From: an uncultured Gammaproteobacteria bacterium
Lineage (GTDB): Bacteria > Patescibacteriota > Patescibacteriia > UBA10025 > JAHIVO01
Length of the DNA: 64,000 bases
Reading direction: 5' to 3'
Assembly: GCA_964415025.1 (NCBI GenBank)
Contig: CAYPXF010000006.1
Span: forward strand, 58 to 64,057
The notes beneath the pieces are model-generated. The model was not told where the DNA came from, did not search any database, and saw only the letters and a list, made by a program, of their open reading frames with translations. Below are positions 47,092-56,477 of the stretch, in pieces; position 1 is the stretch's first letter; each line of letters opens with the position of its first letter. The translations under genes and the position numbers were made by a program.

Positions 47092-48603
47092 TTATTTATT
47101 CGTCTTTTTGATGGTGAAAATCGTTTCTTTTTTCAGGGCCTCCAGAGCCAGATCTATGCGATCTTGGGTCTGGGCATAGAGCGTGTACAACCGTTCTCCT
47201 TTGCGGACTTTTTGGCCTAGGCGTTTGTTGATGTAGATACCGGCCAGCTTGTCATGCGGCGCACCCAGAGTGCGGGCAATCTGGTCTACTATTTTATCAT
47301 TGACCGCAGTCACTTTTCCATCAGTAGGTGCGTGATACCGGTGGCGGATAGCAGCCATGGTCAAATCTTCTGAATCGATATTTGGGTCACCGCCCTGCTC
47401 TTTGATAATCTGTTGCATTTTTTCCCAGGCTTTGCCCGAGGTCAGCGCTTCGGCGGCATACATGTGGCCTTTCCCCTTCTCTACGGCGCCGGTCAATTCT
47501 AGTAATTTAGCTGCTAGTTTGATGCTTTTTTTCTGCAAATCTGACGGCCGGTAATCTTTTTGCTGTAATACGCGCAGTACGTCGCGAGCCTCGAGTGACG
47601 GACCGATGCCACGGCCGACCGGTTCTCGCGTCTCCGTCACAACCACCTCGATGGTAATGCCAAAACGCTTGGCGATTCTGATGAATTTATCCTTCACTTT
47701 CAGCGCTTCGCTGCGCGAGATTACCTTGACAGTCGGACCGTACGGCAAATCAATGACCAAATGGGTCACGCCCATGGCAACTTTTTTCGCAAGTATGCTC
47801 ACCACCATTTTATCCAGTGGTTCGAGGGCCAGCGACCTCTGCACCCGGATAATATAGTCATCTGCCGGAGCCAGCTTAAAACTGCCGCCCCAGATCATAC
47901 AGCAGTTAATTTTTTTAATAATCTGCTTCATGCGCTTGAAGCGGATAGATACCGGCGCAATCACTTCCATAGTATCAGCCGTTCCCGCCGGTGAAGTAAT
48001 AGCCCGTGATGATGTCTTCGGAATAAACACGCCGTATGAGGCCACGATTGGAATAACTACCATGGTAGTACGATTGCCGGCCACCCCGCCGATTGAATGT
48101 TTGTCAGCCACTACGTCACTATCTAATTGCAGTATCTCGCCGGTCTCGGCCATGGCCTTGGTCATATAGTACAGCTCGTCATCAGTAAAATCTTTCAAAA
48201 AACTCGAAGCCACAAAATACGTAATCTCCACTTTGCTCAAATTATGCTTGACAATATCATCGATAATCAAGTACATCTCCTCATATGAAAGCTCACCGCC
48301 GAGTAGCTTCTTACGGATAGCCTCGATTGACGGCGGCCGAGACAGTACCCGTATGGTTACCGGTTCATTATTGGTGACCTGTCGGTATTTCCAAATCTCC
48401 CGAAACATGCCGATCTGACCGCGCTCTACCTTTGACTGGGTATAGTACGCGACCACTGTGGCGCGCTGCCGACCCCAGCGGATTTCGATCAAATCACCCA
48501 TAACCACGCCCAGCGTGCGGGCCTCTTTTTCCTGTAGGACAACTACCCAAGGCTGACCACCCGAGGAAAAATCCAGTTTTTTCGCCCGGAGAACAAAAGG
48601 CAT
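47092..48603 (-). CDS. AMP phosphorylase (archaeal-type thymidine-phosphorylase homologue with N-terminal extension)
   Basis: 503 aa with an ~85-aa N-terminal extension. HSIGGVAGNRTT..PIVASYGV.IPKTSSRAITSPAGTADTMEV, WGGSFKLAPADD and SGKAWEKMQQIIKEQGGDPNI closely match AMPpase rather than the ~440-aa bacterial DeoA. Confidence 0.75.
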   Translation of the reverse strand: MPFVLRAKKLDFSSGGQPWVVVLQEKEARTLGVVMGDLIEIRWGRQRATVVAYYTQSKVERGQIGMFREIWKYRQVTNNEPVTIRVLSRPPSIEAIRKKLLGGELSYEEMYLIIDDIVKHNLSKVEITYFVASSFLKDFTDDELYYMTKAMAETGEILQLDSDVVADKHSIGGVAGNRTTMVVIPIVASYGVFIPKTSSRAITSPAGTADTMEVIAPVSIRFKRMKQIIKKINCCMIWGGSFKLAPADDYIIRVQRSLALEPLDKMVVSILAKKVAMGVTHLVIDLPYGPTVKVISRSEALKVKDKFIRIAKRFGITIEVVVTETREPVGRGIGPSLEARDVLRVLQQKDYRPSDLQKKSIKLAAKLLELTGAVEKGKGHMYAAEALTSGKAWEKMQQIIKEQGGDPNIDSEDLTMAAIRHRYHAPTDGKVTAVNDKIVDQIARTLGAPHDKLAGIYINKRLGQKVRKGERLYTLYAQTQDRIDLALEALKKETIFTIKKTNK

Positions 48604-48724
48604 AGGACTTTATAGGTTAACACGAGCTATATGACAAAAAGATTACTAGGTTAAACAGATAACAATATGTTCGCTACTGCGCTTATTAACCTACAACTCT
48701 TTTAGCTCTTATTAAACCTCTATA

Positions 48725-49648
48725 TTAAATAATCTTATTACGTTTGGCAAAATATATACTACCCATTACAATCCCGGCCAGGATAAAAAAGACCACCCAC
48801 ACGCCGATGGGGTGGTCGGCAAACGGCAGTCCTTCCACGTTCATGCCATAAATGCTGGCTACCAGCGTCATCGGCAGCAGAGCTACGGAAATGACGGTCA
48901 GCGTCTTGATCACTTCGTTTGTCTTCTGATTAATCAGTGATTCGTTCGTATTATACAGGCTATCCAGCGCGTCCCGATAGCTTTCTAGCGCCGTCCACAT
49001 GTTCTCCATATAATCATGCACGTCATCAAAATATACTGCCAGTTTTTCATTAAAAAACGGCTGGCGCATGTGCACGAGCTTATCCACCATTTTCAACTGC
49101 GGTTCGAGCGTACGCCGCAGAGTCAAAATATTTCTTCGGATAATGGCCAGATTAGTCGTAGCTTCCTTATTACTGTCAGAATACACCTCTTCCTCTACTT
49201 CGTTAAGTGATACGCCAATATCATTAATGACCGGCAGATGTTCATGGAATAAATTATCCAATACTTTGTATAGCAAATAACCCGGACTATTTTCCAGGGC
49301 ATCATAGGTTGCGCCGTCCTTAGCCCGCTCTCTAAAATTCTTAAAATAATCCTCCAAAAAATCACCCGGAGCGCTTGAAGCAGTAATAATATAGTCCTTA
49401 CCCAGGAACACGTTCAGCGATAAAATTCCTACCCGCCGCTTTTGACGCTCAAAGGTAGGAAAATGCAAAATCATAAATAAATACTCCTGGTAAATATCCA
49501 GCTTGGGACGCTGGACTCCTTCACGGCAGTCTTTCAGATCCAGCGGGTGGAATGGGAAATGCTCCTCTAAATACCCAATATCCCCGTCAGTAATCGGATT
49601 TATATGGATCCAGCGCAGTTTATGTAATTGTACAACTTTTGGCGGCAT
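48725..49648 (-). CDS. corA: magnesium/cobalt transporter CorA
   Basis: Two C-terminal TM helices with the YGMNV (GMN) motif. 307 aa. Confidence 0.85.
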   Translation of the reverse strand: MPPKVVQLHKLRWIHINPITDGDIGYLEEHFPFHPLDLKDCREGVQRPKLDIYQEYLFMILHFPTFERQKRRVGILSLNVFLGKDYIITASSAPGDFLEDYFKNFRERAKDGATYDALENSPGYLLYKVLDNLFHEHLPVINDIGVSLNEVEEEVYSDSNKEATTNLAIIRRNILTLRRTLEPQLKMVDKLVHMRQPFFNEKLAVYFDDVHDYMENMWTALESYRDALDSLYNTNESLINQKTNEVIKTLTVISVALLPMTLVASIYGMNVEGLPFADHPIGVWVVFFILAGIVMGSIYFAKRNKII

Positions 49649-49756
49649 AAAATCTCGTGTTCACGAGTGAACTATGTCCATATTATACAGGATTTATCCA
49701 AAAAACAAAAACCCGGAAACAATCCAGAATGTACGAATATATATGCAAAAAAAATA

Positions 49757-50056
49757 TTATCTCTTTTTCGACTGGCGCGTAACCTTGTTCAAGTCATCCA
49801 GAATCGAATCCAGCGGCACGCCGTGCACTGCCGCGCCGGCCTCAAGCGTTTCATACGGTGAAATCATACAGCCAATACAGTGAAAACCATACTGTATTAA
49901 AACCTCGGCTGCTTCAGGATGTTTTTCTAAAATCTCACCCATGAGCATGTCTTTAGTGATCAGTCCGGCTGTCTTTTTGTCAGCCTTTTTCTTCGCGGCC
50001 GTGGTTGGTTTTTTCTTAGTAGCCGTGCGTGGCATAGTATATCGATTAATAAGCAT
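49757..50056 (-). CDS. DUF1858-type redox-active-disulfide small protein (hybrid-cluster-protein-associated family) with Lys-rich N-terminal tail
   Basis: ITKDMLMGEILEKHPEAAEVLIQYGFHCIGC...ETLEAGAAVHGVPLD matches the DUF1858 CxGC family. Confidence 0.65.
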   Translation of the reverse strand: MLINRYTMPRTATKKKPTTAAKKKADKKTAGLITKDMLMGEILEKHPEAAEVLIQYGFHCIGCMISPYETLEAGAAVHGVPLDSILDDLNKVTRQSKKR

Positions 50057-50174
50057 TTGTAGTGTAGCAATCAGCGTGCTGCTGTCAAGCCACTCCCGAT
50101 TACCAATTACGTGTTCTCAAAACGAAAAAAACATTTTTCATTCCTGGATTCCTCCCGCCAGTCCTCTTGTCTTA

Positions 50175-50203
50175 CTCTAATTGCAAATTATTTGCAATTA
50201 GAG
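50175..50203. promoter_or_regulatory. perfect 13-3-13 inverted repeat CTCTAATTGCAAA-TTA-TTTGCAATTAGAG overlapping the -35 of a sigma70-like promoter upstream of the Fur-family/znuACB operon; candidate Zur operator
   Basis: Seen directly. The reverse complement differs only in the central 3 nt. TTGCAA (50192-50197), a 17-nt spacer and TATACT (50215-50220) form the promoter. Confidence 0.6.
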
Positions 50204-50360
50204 TATATTCCTGCTATACTCCCGGTAGACAGTCGTCGGTTATATGTTGAAATAAAAAGTACAAAAAATTTCCGTGTACTAGGCTGCCATTTTCAGCCTT
50301 TTACCTTAAGCCTATAACTACGCTCCTTTCCTAAAGCATGAGACATGTAACATAGTTATT

Positions 50361-50738
50361 ATGAATCCAGTGGATACATTAAAAAAAGCCGGCTATAAAA
50401 TCACCCGTCCCCGCCGCGTGGTAATTAATATTCTCCTCCAAAACAAACATCCCCGGTCAGCGCGGGATATTCATACTGCGCTCAAGCGATCACGGATTAA
50501 TCTCACTTCAGTGTATCGTAGTCTGGAATTATTCGAATACCTGGCTATTGCTTTCAGTGAAGAACGCAATGGCGAACGGTACTACTACCTCGCCAAGGAG
50601 CAGCACCATCACATCACCTGTCGGAAATGCCAACGCACCGAGTGTCTTCCCTGCAAAATGGAATTTAAACCGCCGGCTGGATTTATAAATATCGAACATC
50701 AGCTCACCTTGACCGGGCTGTGTAAGAAATGTATTTAA
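50361..50738 (+). CDS. Fur-family transcriptional regulator, probably Zur (zinc uptake regulator)
   Basis: 125-aa Fur fold with HHH..C..C..C..C. It sits immediately upstream of znuA-znuC-znuB. Confidence 0.7.
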   Translation: MNPVDTLKKAGYKITRPRRVVINILLQNKHPRSARDIHTALKRSRINLTSVYRSLELFEYLAIAFSEERNGERYYYLAKEQHHHITCRKCQRTECLPCKMEFKPPAGFINIEHQLTLTGLCKKCI

Positions 50739-50757
50739 TAATAATTAATAAAAAATC

Positions 50758-51759
50758 ATGAAATCAAAATCCATTATTACAATCCTTATAAGTGCCGCTT
50801 TCGTTGCCATCGTTGTTTTATTAGCCACTGGAGAATCAAAACGCTCTACGGATGAAAATAAAATTACCGTGGGTGCCACGATTTTTCCGGTTTATGATAT
50901 TGCCCGGAATATCGGCGGAGACAATGTCAATGTTATGCAAATTGTTCCCTCCGGCGCCAGTCCGCATACGTATGAAGTAACGCCGGACACCATCGAACAA
51001 TTAGCCCAGGCAAAAACAATATTTGCCATCGGCCACGGTGCTGATTCCTGGACAGACACTATCACCCAAAGTTTGGACAACATAAGGGTAATGATCGTGG
51101 ATAATAATATTACGTTGCTCCCTTTCAGCCAGCACCACCAACATGACCACGAACAAGAGGAACATGAACATGAGCATGAGCATGACCACGAACAAGAGGA
51201 ACATGAGCATGAGCATGACCACGAACAAGAGGAACATGAGCATGAAGGAGAGCATGATCCACACTATTGGCTCTCCGTTACCAACGCCCGACTCATTGCT
51301 GCTACCATAGCGAATGAGTTGGCCGCGCTCGACCCGGACCATAGCGCTGATTACCAGGAAAATCTGAACAGCTACCAAAGCAAGCTCGACACCCTGCTCA
51401 CCGCATCTCACGCAAAACTGGCTACGCTGGATAATAAAAATATAGTGGCCACGCATGGCGCCTGGCAGTATTTTTGCGATGAATTCGATCTGGAAACAGT
51501 CGGCGTGTTTCAGGCCTCGCCCGGCAGAGAGCCTACTCCCCAGGAACTGGCCGCACTGCAAGAAATTGTGGAAACGTACGATATTAGGGCATTATTCTCT
51601 GAACCACAGCTATCTGATGAAGTAGTACGGCCGTTCGCTGATGATACCGGCCTGCCAATATATGACCTCGATCCGCTGGGCGGTACCGACAATCGACAGT
51701 CGTATGTTGAACTGATACAATACAACGTGAACACGATTTATAACGCGCTGCGTCAATGA
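50758..51759 (+). CDS. znuA: zinc ABC transporter substrate-binding protein ZnuA with His/Glu-rich flexible loop
   Basis: Cluster-9 SBP fold. His-rich loop HHQHDHEQEEHEHEHEHDHEQEEHEHEHDHEQEEHEHEGEHDPH. Confidence 0.85.
   Translation: MKSKSIITILISAAFVAIVVLLATGESKRSTDENKITVGATIFPVYDIARNIGGDNVNVMQIVPSGASPHTYEVTPDTIEQLAQAKTIFAIGHGADSWTDTITQSLDNIRVMIVDNNITLLPFSQHHQHDHEQEEHEHEHEHDHEQEEHEHEHDHEQEEHEHEGEHDPHYWLSVTNARLIAATIANELAALDPDHSADYQENLNSYQSKLDTLLTASHAKLATLDNKNIVATHGAWQYFCDEFDLETVGVFQASPGREPTPQELAALQEIVETYDIRALFSEPQLSDEVVRPFADDTGLPIYDLDPLGGTDNRQSYVELIQYNVNTIYNALRQ
51142..51258 (+). repeat. three tandem ~33-39-nt repeats (CATGACCACGAACAAGAGGAACATGAGCATGAG) encoding the ZnuA His/Glu-rich loop
   Basis: Seen directly in the DNA. 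In frame within znuA. Confidence 0.8.
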
Positions 51760-52469
51760 ACGTCGCTTCTGTAAAAAACCTTACGGTCAAATACGGCCAT
51801 CACCTTATTCTGGACAATCTGTCTTTTACGATACTTGAAAAATCAATCACCGCTATCATCGGCCCGAACGGCTCGGGCAAGACCACACTGCTGAAAGCAA
51901 TGCTTGATTTGATCCCTTTTCAGGGCACAGTCCGCATCCTCGGCACCAGCCTGCGGCAGGCCAGATCAGACATCGGCTACGTCCCTCAGCGTTTCAGTTT
52001 TGATACCAGTTTCCCCATCACCGTAACAGAATATTTAACACTGGCTCAAAAAAAGAAAAATCAATCGGCTATAGACACGCAGCTCGAAGAAGTAGACATG
52101 CGTGACCGCAGCCAGCAGCTACTGGGCGAACTTTCAGGCGGCCAGCTGCAGCGCGTCTTGGTGGCTAAAGCGCTCCTCAATCAACCGCGTATTCTGTTTC
52201 TCGACGAACCGGCCGCCGGCATAGACATTGGCGGTGAACGCAATTTTTATGAATTGATCCAGCACCTCAATCAAACGCACGGCGTTACTATCCTGGTCGT
52301 ATCCCATGAAATAGATATTGTCTATAAATACGCCACCCAGGTCCTCTGTCTCAATAAACGCATGCTCTGCATGGGCAAGCCCCGTGAAATCTTGACAAGT
52401 GACACGCTGCGGCAACTATACGGCCAGGAAGCATCACTGTACCAACACGCTTATGACAAACATGATTGA
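51756..52469 (+). CDS. znuC: zinc ABC transporter ATP-binding protein ZnuC
   Basis: Walker A GPNGSGKTT, signature LSGGQLQRV. ATGA overlap with the znuA stop. Confidence 0.85.
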   Translation: MNVASVKNLTVKYGHHLILDNLSFTILEKSITAIIGPNGSGKTTLLKAMLDLIPFQGTVRILGTSLRQARSDIGYVPQRFSFDTSFPITVTEYLTLAQKKKNQSAIDTQLEEVDMRDRSQQLLGELSGGQLQRVLVAKALLNQPRILFLDEPAAGIDIGGERNFYELIQHLNQTHGVTILVVSHEIDIVYKYATQVLCLNKRMLCMGKPREILTSDTLRQLYGQEASLYQHAYDKHD

Positions 52470-53274
52470 GCTATTCCAATACCCGTTCATGCAGCGGGCG
52501 CTCATCGTCGGGATTATGCTCGGTGCACTGCTGGCGTATTTAGGGATTTTCGTGATCCTGAAACGTATGGCTTTTTTCGGTGATGGCGTTGCACATGCTT
52601 CACTGGCCGGCATCGCCATCGGCATCCTAGCAGGCATATCACCGCTCATAACAGCGCTGATCTATGGTATTGCCATCGCCCTGATTATGTACTGGACCGA
52701 GCGCAAAGGAAAAATATCCAGTGACGCGGTAATCGGTATTTTTTTTACGGCCAGTATGGCGCTCGGTGTCATTTTAATGAACTACCAGCAGGGATACCAG
52801 CCCGAACTTATCAGCTTTCTATTCGGAAATATTTTGGCCATACAATCGATCGATGTATATATCATCGGAATAATTGCTGCCATTGTGCTGGTATTTTTGA
52901 GCGTCAATTTCAAAAAAATATCACATCTGACGTTTGATCGTGAAAGCGCGTTCCTGGCCGGCATTAATATCACCTTGCTGGAAATCAGCATGTATATTGC
53001 TCTGGCGGTCGCTGTAGTGATTGGCGTCAAAATTTTAGGAATAATTCTCGTCAGCGCACTACTGATACTGCCCGCCTCCACCAGTAAATTAATTGCTGGT
53101 TCGTTTCGCGGTCTACTGGTTAACAGCATCATCGTCGGCGAGCTTTCGGTAATTATTGGTATTATTCTATCGTATACGATAAACTGGCCGACAGGAGCAA
53201 CCATCGTGCTTATCGGCACAGTATTTTTTATCATGACGCTGCTCCTGCGGATGGCGTTTAAAACTAATACGTAA
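52462..53274 (+). CDS. znuB: zinc ABC transporter permease ZnuB
   Basis: Start MIELFQ.. matches the E. coli ZnuB N-terminus MIELL. ATGATTGA start/stop overlap with znuC. The ORF-track N-extension was discarded. Confidence 0.8.
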   Translation: MIELFQYPFMQRALIVGIMLGALLAYLGIFVILKRMAFFGDGVAHASLAGIAIGILAGISPLITALIYGIAIALIMYWTERKGKISSDAVIGIFFTASMALGVILMNYQQGYQPELISFLFGNILAIQSIDVYIIGIIAAIVLVFLSVNFKKISHLTFDRESAFLAGINITLLEISMYIALAVAVVIGVKILGIILVSALLILPASTSKLIAGSFRGLLVNSIIVGELSVIIGIILSYTINWPTGATIVLIGTVFFIMTLLLRMAFKTNT

Positions 53275-53276
53275 TC

Positions 53277-53813
53277 ATGGCGCATAAGGAAAGTCCCCCG
53301 CCCTTGGTCCACCTTGTCACTGACGAGGAAGCCAAAGGAAAAGCTAAAGAACTGTTTGAACAAATGAAAGCCAAAACCGGCGCCGTCCCCAAATGGATGC
53401 GGGTCATGGCCAGCAATGATGATATCCTGGTTGGTTTTTTCACCCTGTTCAAAGCAACCATGGACGATCAGCCGGTCGAAGCAAAGCTAAAATGGAAAAT
53501 GGCCTACGCCGTGTCCGAAGCCAATAAATGCGAATTCTGCGTCAGCGTATCGAAGCAAATGCTGGCCAGCTTCGGCATGAGCGACCAGGAAATCGGCAGC
53601 CTGGACCAGACCGCCAATGAACGTGAAAAAACAGCCATGGAATATGCGGCCGCGTCGACCGAACACGCGTATAACATCGACCAAGAATTATTCAGCCGGG
53701 TCAAACAGTATTTCAGCGACAAGGAAATCGTCGAGCTGACCAGTGTTGTCGGATTATTCAACTTTATTAACCGATTTAATGATTCGCTGGGCGTACTGCC
53801 GGACATGAAATAA
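53277..53813 (+). CDS. carboxymuconolactone decarboxylase (CMD)/AhpD-like family protein
   Basis: AhpD-like helical fold with a CEFC motif. 178 aa. Confidence 0.6.
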   Translation: MAHKESPPPLVHLVTDEEAKGKAKELFEQMKAKTGAVPKWMRVMASNDDILVGFFTLFKATMDDQPVEAKLKWKMAYAVSEANKCEFCVSVSKQMLASFGMSDQEIGSLDQTANEREKTAMEYAAASTEHAYNIDQELFSRVKQYFSDKEIVELTSVVGLFNFINRFNDSLGVLPDMK

Positions 53814-53822
53814 TACCACCAT

Positions 53823-53860
53823 ACGTAAAACAGAGCACTGACCAGTGCTCTGTTTTACGT
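53823..53860. terminator. 18-bp perfect hairpin, bidirectional terminator between convergent genes
   Basis: Seen directly: ACGTAAAACAGAGCACTG ac CAGTGCTCTGTTTTACGT. Confidence 0.75.
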
Positions 53861-54991
53861 ATGCGGCGGGGATCCTACTGGCCGCGGTTTGGGACGACGG
53901 ATAAACCGCGCCGCCAGCCAGGTAGTGATGGGTACGGCCAGCACCAAACCAATACTGCCGGTCAGCGTCCGCACGATCTCCGTGGCTATTTGTTCATTAT
54001 TAATCACGTCCCCCAATGTAGTAAAGGGTGGCTGGTTTATGGAAAACAAAATAAGCAGCGGCAGCGCCGCGCCGGCATAAGCCAAAAACAGCGTATTGAC
54101 CATGGAACTCATGTGGGATACACCGACCCGCATGGCTTTTTTGAACACCTGACCGGTGGACAAGTCGGGGTTACTGGCTTTGAATTCCCTGACTAACACG
54201 GTCTGGGAAATAGCCACGTCGTCCAGCACACCGAGCGCCCCGATAATAATGCCGGCCAGCAGTAAACCCTGAACATTGAGATCGCCGACACCGAGACTGA
54301 TCAGATAAATCGCTTCATCACTAGCAAACCCGGTCAGCTTAGTCAGGCTTGTAAACCACAGTGAAAGTAGTCCTGTGATAATCAGGGAAATAAGAATCCC
54401 ACTAACAGCAATGGTGGAGCTGCGTTTAAATCCTTCAGTAAAATATATCGCCACCACCAGAATAGCAACAGCTCCGATAATACTGACCAGCAACGGCGGC
54501 CAGCCATCCAAAATACGAGGAATGATGAACCCCAGGATAACTAAAAAAGTCAAGACTAACACAAGCAGGGCTCGCAATCCCTTGAGACGTCCGACCACAA
54601 TCACTATTACCGCAAAGAGCAGCGCTAGCCATAGCAACGGCCCCTGTCGCACATAATCCACGACAAAGAAGATATCCTCGCCGTCGACGTTGATCGTGTG
54701 CGTTACCTGCACTTTATCACCAACACTATATTCAGGAACTGCCGTGACTTCATACTGTGTCCCGTCATAAATAATTTCCTTATTTTCCCAGGATCCCTCG
54801 AGTGGCCGCAATTTTAATTTTTGCTGCACCGCCGTATCGCCGGCTTCATTGGCTATTGTTTTTTGTTCCATGACCTCGACCACCCGTGCCGGAAATGTTT
54901 CACTGGCGGCAGTATTCTGCTGCTGAGCTGCTCCAATCTGGGGCAAACAAATAAGTCCGGTCAGTAATAGTATGAGGGCGCATTTCTTCAT
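53855..54991 (-). CDS. YibE/F-family polytopic membrane protein
   Basis: Signal peptide plus an extracytoplasmic N-domain, then ~8 TM helices with a YibE/F-like pattern. Confidence 0.55.
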   Translation of the reverse strand: MKKCALILLLTGLICLPQIGAAQQQNTAASETFPARVVEVMEQKTIANEAGDTAVQQKLKLRPLEGSWENKEIIYDGTQYEVTAVPEYSVGDKVQVTHTINVDGEDIFFVVDYVRQGPLLWLALLFAVIVIVVGRLKGLRALLVLVLTFLVILGFIIPRILDGWPPLLVSIIGAVAILVVAIYFTEGFKRSSTIAVSGILISLIITGLLSLWFTSLTKLTGFASDEAIYLISLGVGDLNVQGLLLAGIIIGALGVLDDVAISQTVLVREFKASNPDLSTGQVFKKAMRVGVSHMSSMVNTLFLAYAGAALPLLILFSINQPPFTTLGDVINNEQIATEIVRTLTGSIGLVLAVPITTWLAARFIRRPKPRPVGSPPHT

Positions 54992-55070
54992 AGCCTCAAT
55001 TGTATTCCGAAAATAATACTATGTCAAACCAAACCAGCCTGCTGTCCTGGCCGGTTTAAGTCGGGATATT

Positions 55071-55100
55071 TACTTAAACATTCTTAAGAATGTTTAAGTA
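55071..55100. promoter_or_regulatory. 30-nt perfect palindrome TACTTAAACATTCTT|AAGAATGTTTAAGTA ~80 nt upstream of the YibE/F-family gene
   Basis: Seen directly. Zero-spacer inverted repeat centred on CTTAAG. Confidence 0.45.
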
Positions 55101-55474
55101 AAACAGGCAACTTCTTGTCCCTTCAGGTCGCTAACGCGTTTATAGAGGTCGTTGGCAATTCCTCGTGTTCGGCAGCAGGGCCCTCACCATGTATATCACT
55201 TTCCGGCCAAACATACATAGGCTGATTAGCACAATTTATGAAAAGCTCCATCACAATGGACAATATAAACGAACGTGGCAATAGTCAAATCTGTCACTCC
55301 TAACCTGAAGAAAACTATACAGCAGTTCATCGCTCCGGACGTGGTCCGCCCCATCATTAATTTGGCAATAAGCAGATAAAATAATATTTCACCACTGCAG
55401 TCTGCCGGCGGATTTGTGTCCGGTGGATCTGCTATTGAATCACCGCGCTTCCTAAAACAAATCCTAATCCTTGA

Positions 55475-56014
55475 TTACTGTTTATTGGCTATACTGGCTC
55501 GAAATTGTTTCTGCCCGAGCCCAGCTCGTGCCATCTCAAATGCCCCGAAGAGAAGAAAACTATACACCAGATCTCCCGCGAGCATATTGCGCCAAAAAGG
55601 AATACCGAGGGTATACGCATACAACAGCCCCCCGACAGTTTTTTCATACCACGGTGAAAAAGCCCAGACAGCAGCGTTTGTCACTAGGAAAAAAAGCAAC
55701 GACGACCCTACAATGGTAAAAAATAGCGGTATTACCCCTCGCCATTTACTCCCTGCCCAGCTCACGCACCCGATCAGGACGATGGAGCCATAAACACTTA
55801 GCATGATCTTCCAGTCGTACCAGCCAATCAGTGCGTCTGATATGGCCAGCGCAGTGACAGGCAGTATGAGCGACCATCGCTTACCTATATAAACACTGCT
55901 GACTAAGGCAATCGCCACGAGCGGTGTTGCGTTCGGCATGTGCGGCAACAGGCGCCCGCCGACACCTAGTGCCAGGAGGGCAATAATAATTGGAAGAATA
56001 TTGTTCTTATGCAT
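55475..56014 (-). CDS. small polytopic membrane protein, putative ECF-type S-component-like vitamin (cobalamin?) transporter subunit
   Basis: 179 aa with 5-6 TM helices. Last gene of the nrdJ-pduO-DUF4430 operon. The family assignment is an inference. Confidence 0.4.
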   Translation of the reverse strand: MHKNNILPIIIALLALGVGGRLLPHMPNATPLVAIALVSSVYIGKRWSLILPVTALAISDALIGWYDWKIMLSVYGSIVLIGCVSWAGSKWRGVIPLFFTIVGSSLLFFLVTNAAVWAFSPWYEKTVGGLLYAYTLGIPFWRNMLAGDLVYSFLLFGAFEMARAGLGQKQFRASIANKQ

Positions 56015-56029
56015 ACATTTTTATACATC

Positions 56030-56464
56030 TCAAAATTCAGAACTAGTAAAATGCCACTCGACCACGTCGCCGTCGTGCAATTGGAGCGCATCGGCGCCAA
56101 CCTCCGGCATAACGCCGTTAACTGTATACTGCCAATACTTATCATCAGCACCGTTTGTTTTTCCGTTCATGCTCTCTACTAACACGCCGAGTCCTGGGTA
56201 CTCTTTGACAATAAGCTGTAGCCGCGATTCTGTATCGTCAAGCTGTGCCAATACTGCCAGCACCGTTTGTTCCGAAGCTATGGCGACTGCCCGCTCATTA
56301 AATACTCCTTCGACAGAAATAACCACGCTTGCCGCAGAGTCTGATACCTGGTCTGTTGCTTCTGTGACCACGTTATTATCCCGACCGGCGATGAAAAACA
56401 CGACAGCCAACGCGGCTATGACGACACCAGTACCGACAAATTTCCATATTCGTTTGCTATACAT
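56030..56464 (-). CDS. DUF4430-like (transcobalamin beta-domain-like) membrane-anchored protein
   Basis: Started at the internal ATG (MYSKRIWKF..). The ORF-track N-extension is not protein-like and overlaps pduO. One TM helix then a ~110-aa domain. Confidence 0.5.
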   Translation of the reverse strand: MYSKRIWKFVGTGVVIAALAVVFFIAGRDNNVVTEATDQVSDSAASVVISVEGVFNERAVAIASEQTVLAVLAQLDDTESRLQLIVKEYPGLGVLVESMNGKTNGADDKYWQYTVNGVMPEVGADALQLHDGDVVEWHFTSSEF

Positions 56465-56477
56465 AGTAATAAAATTA

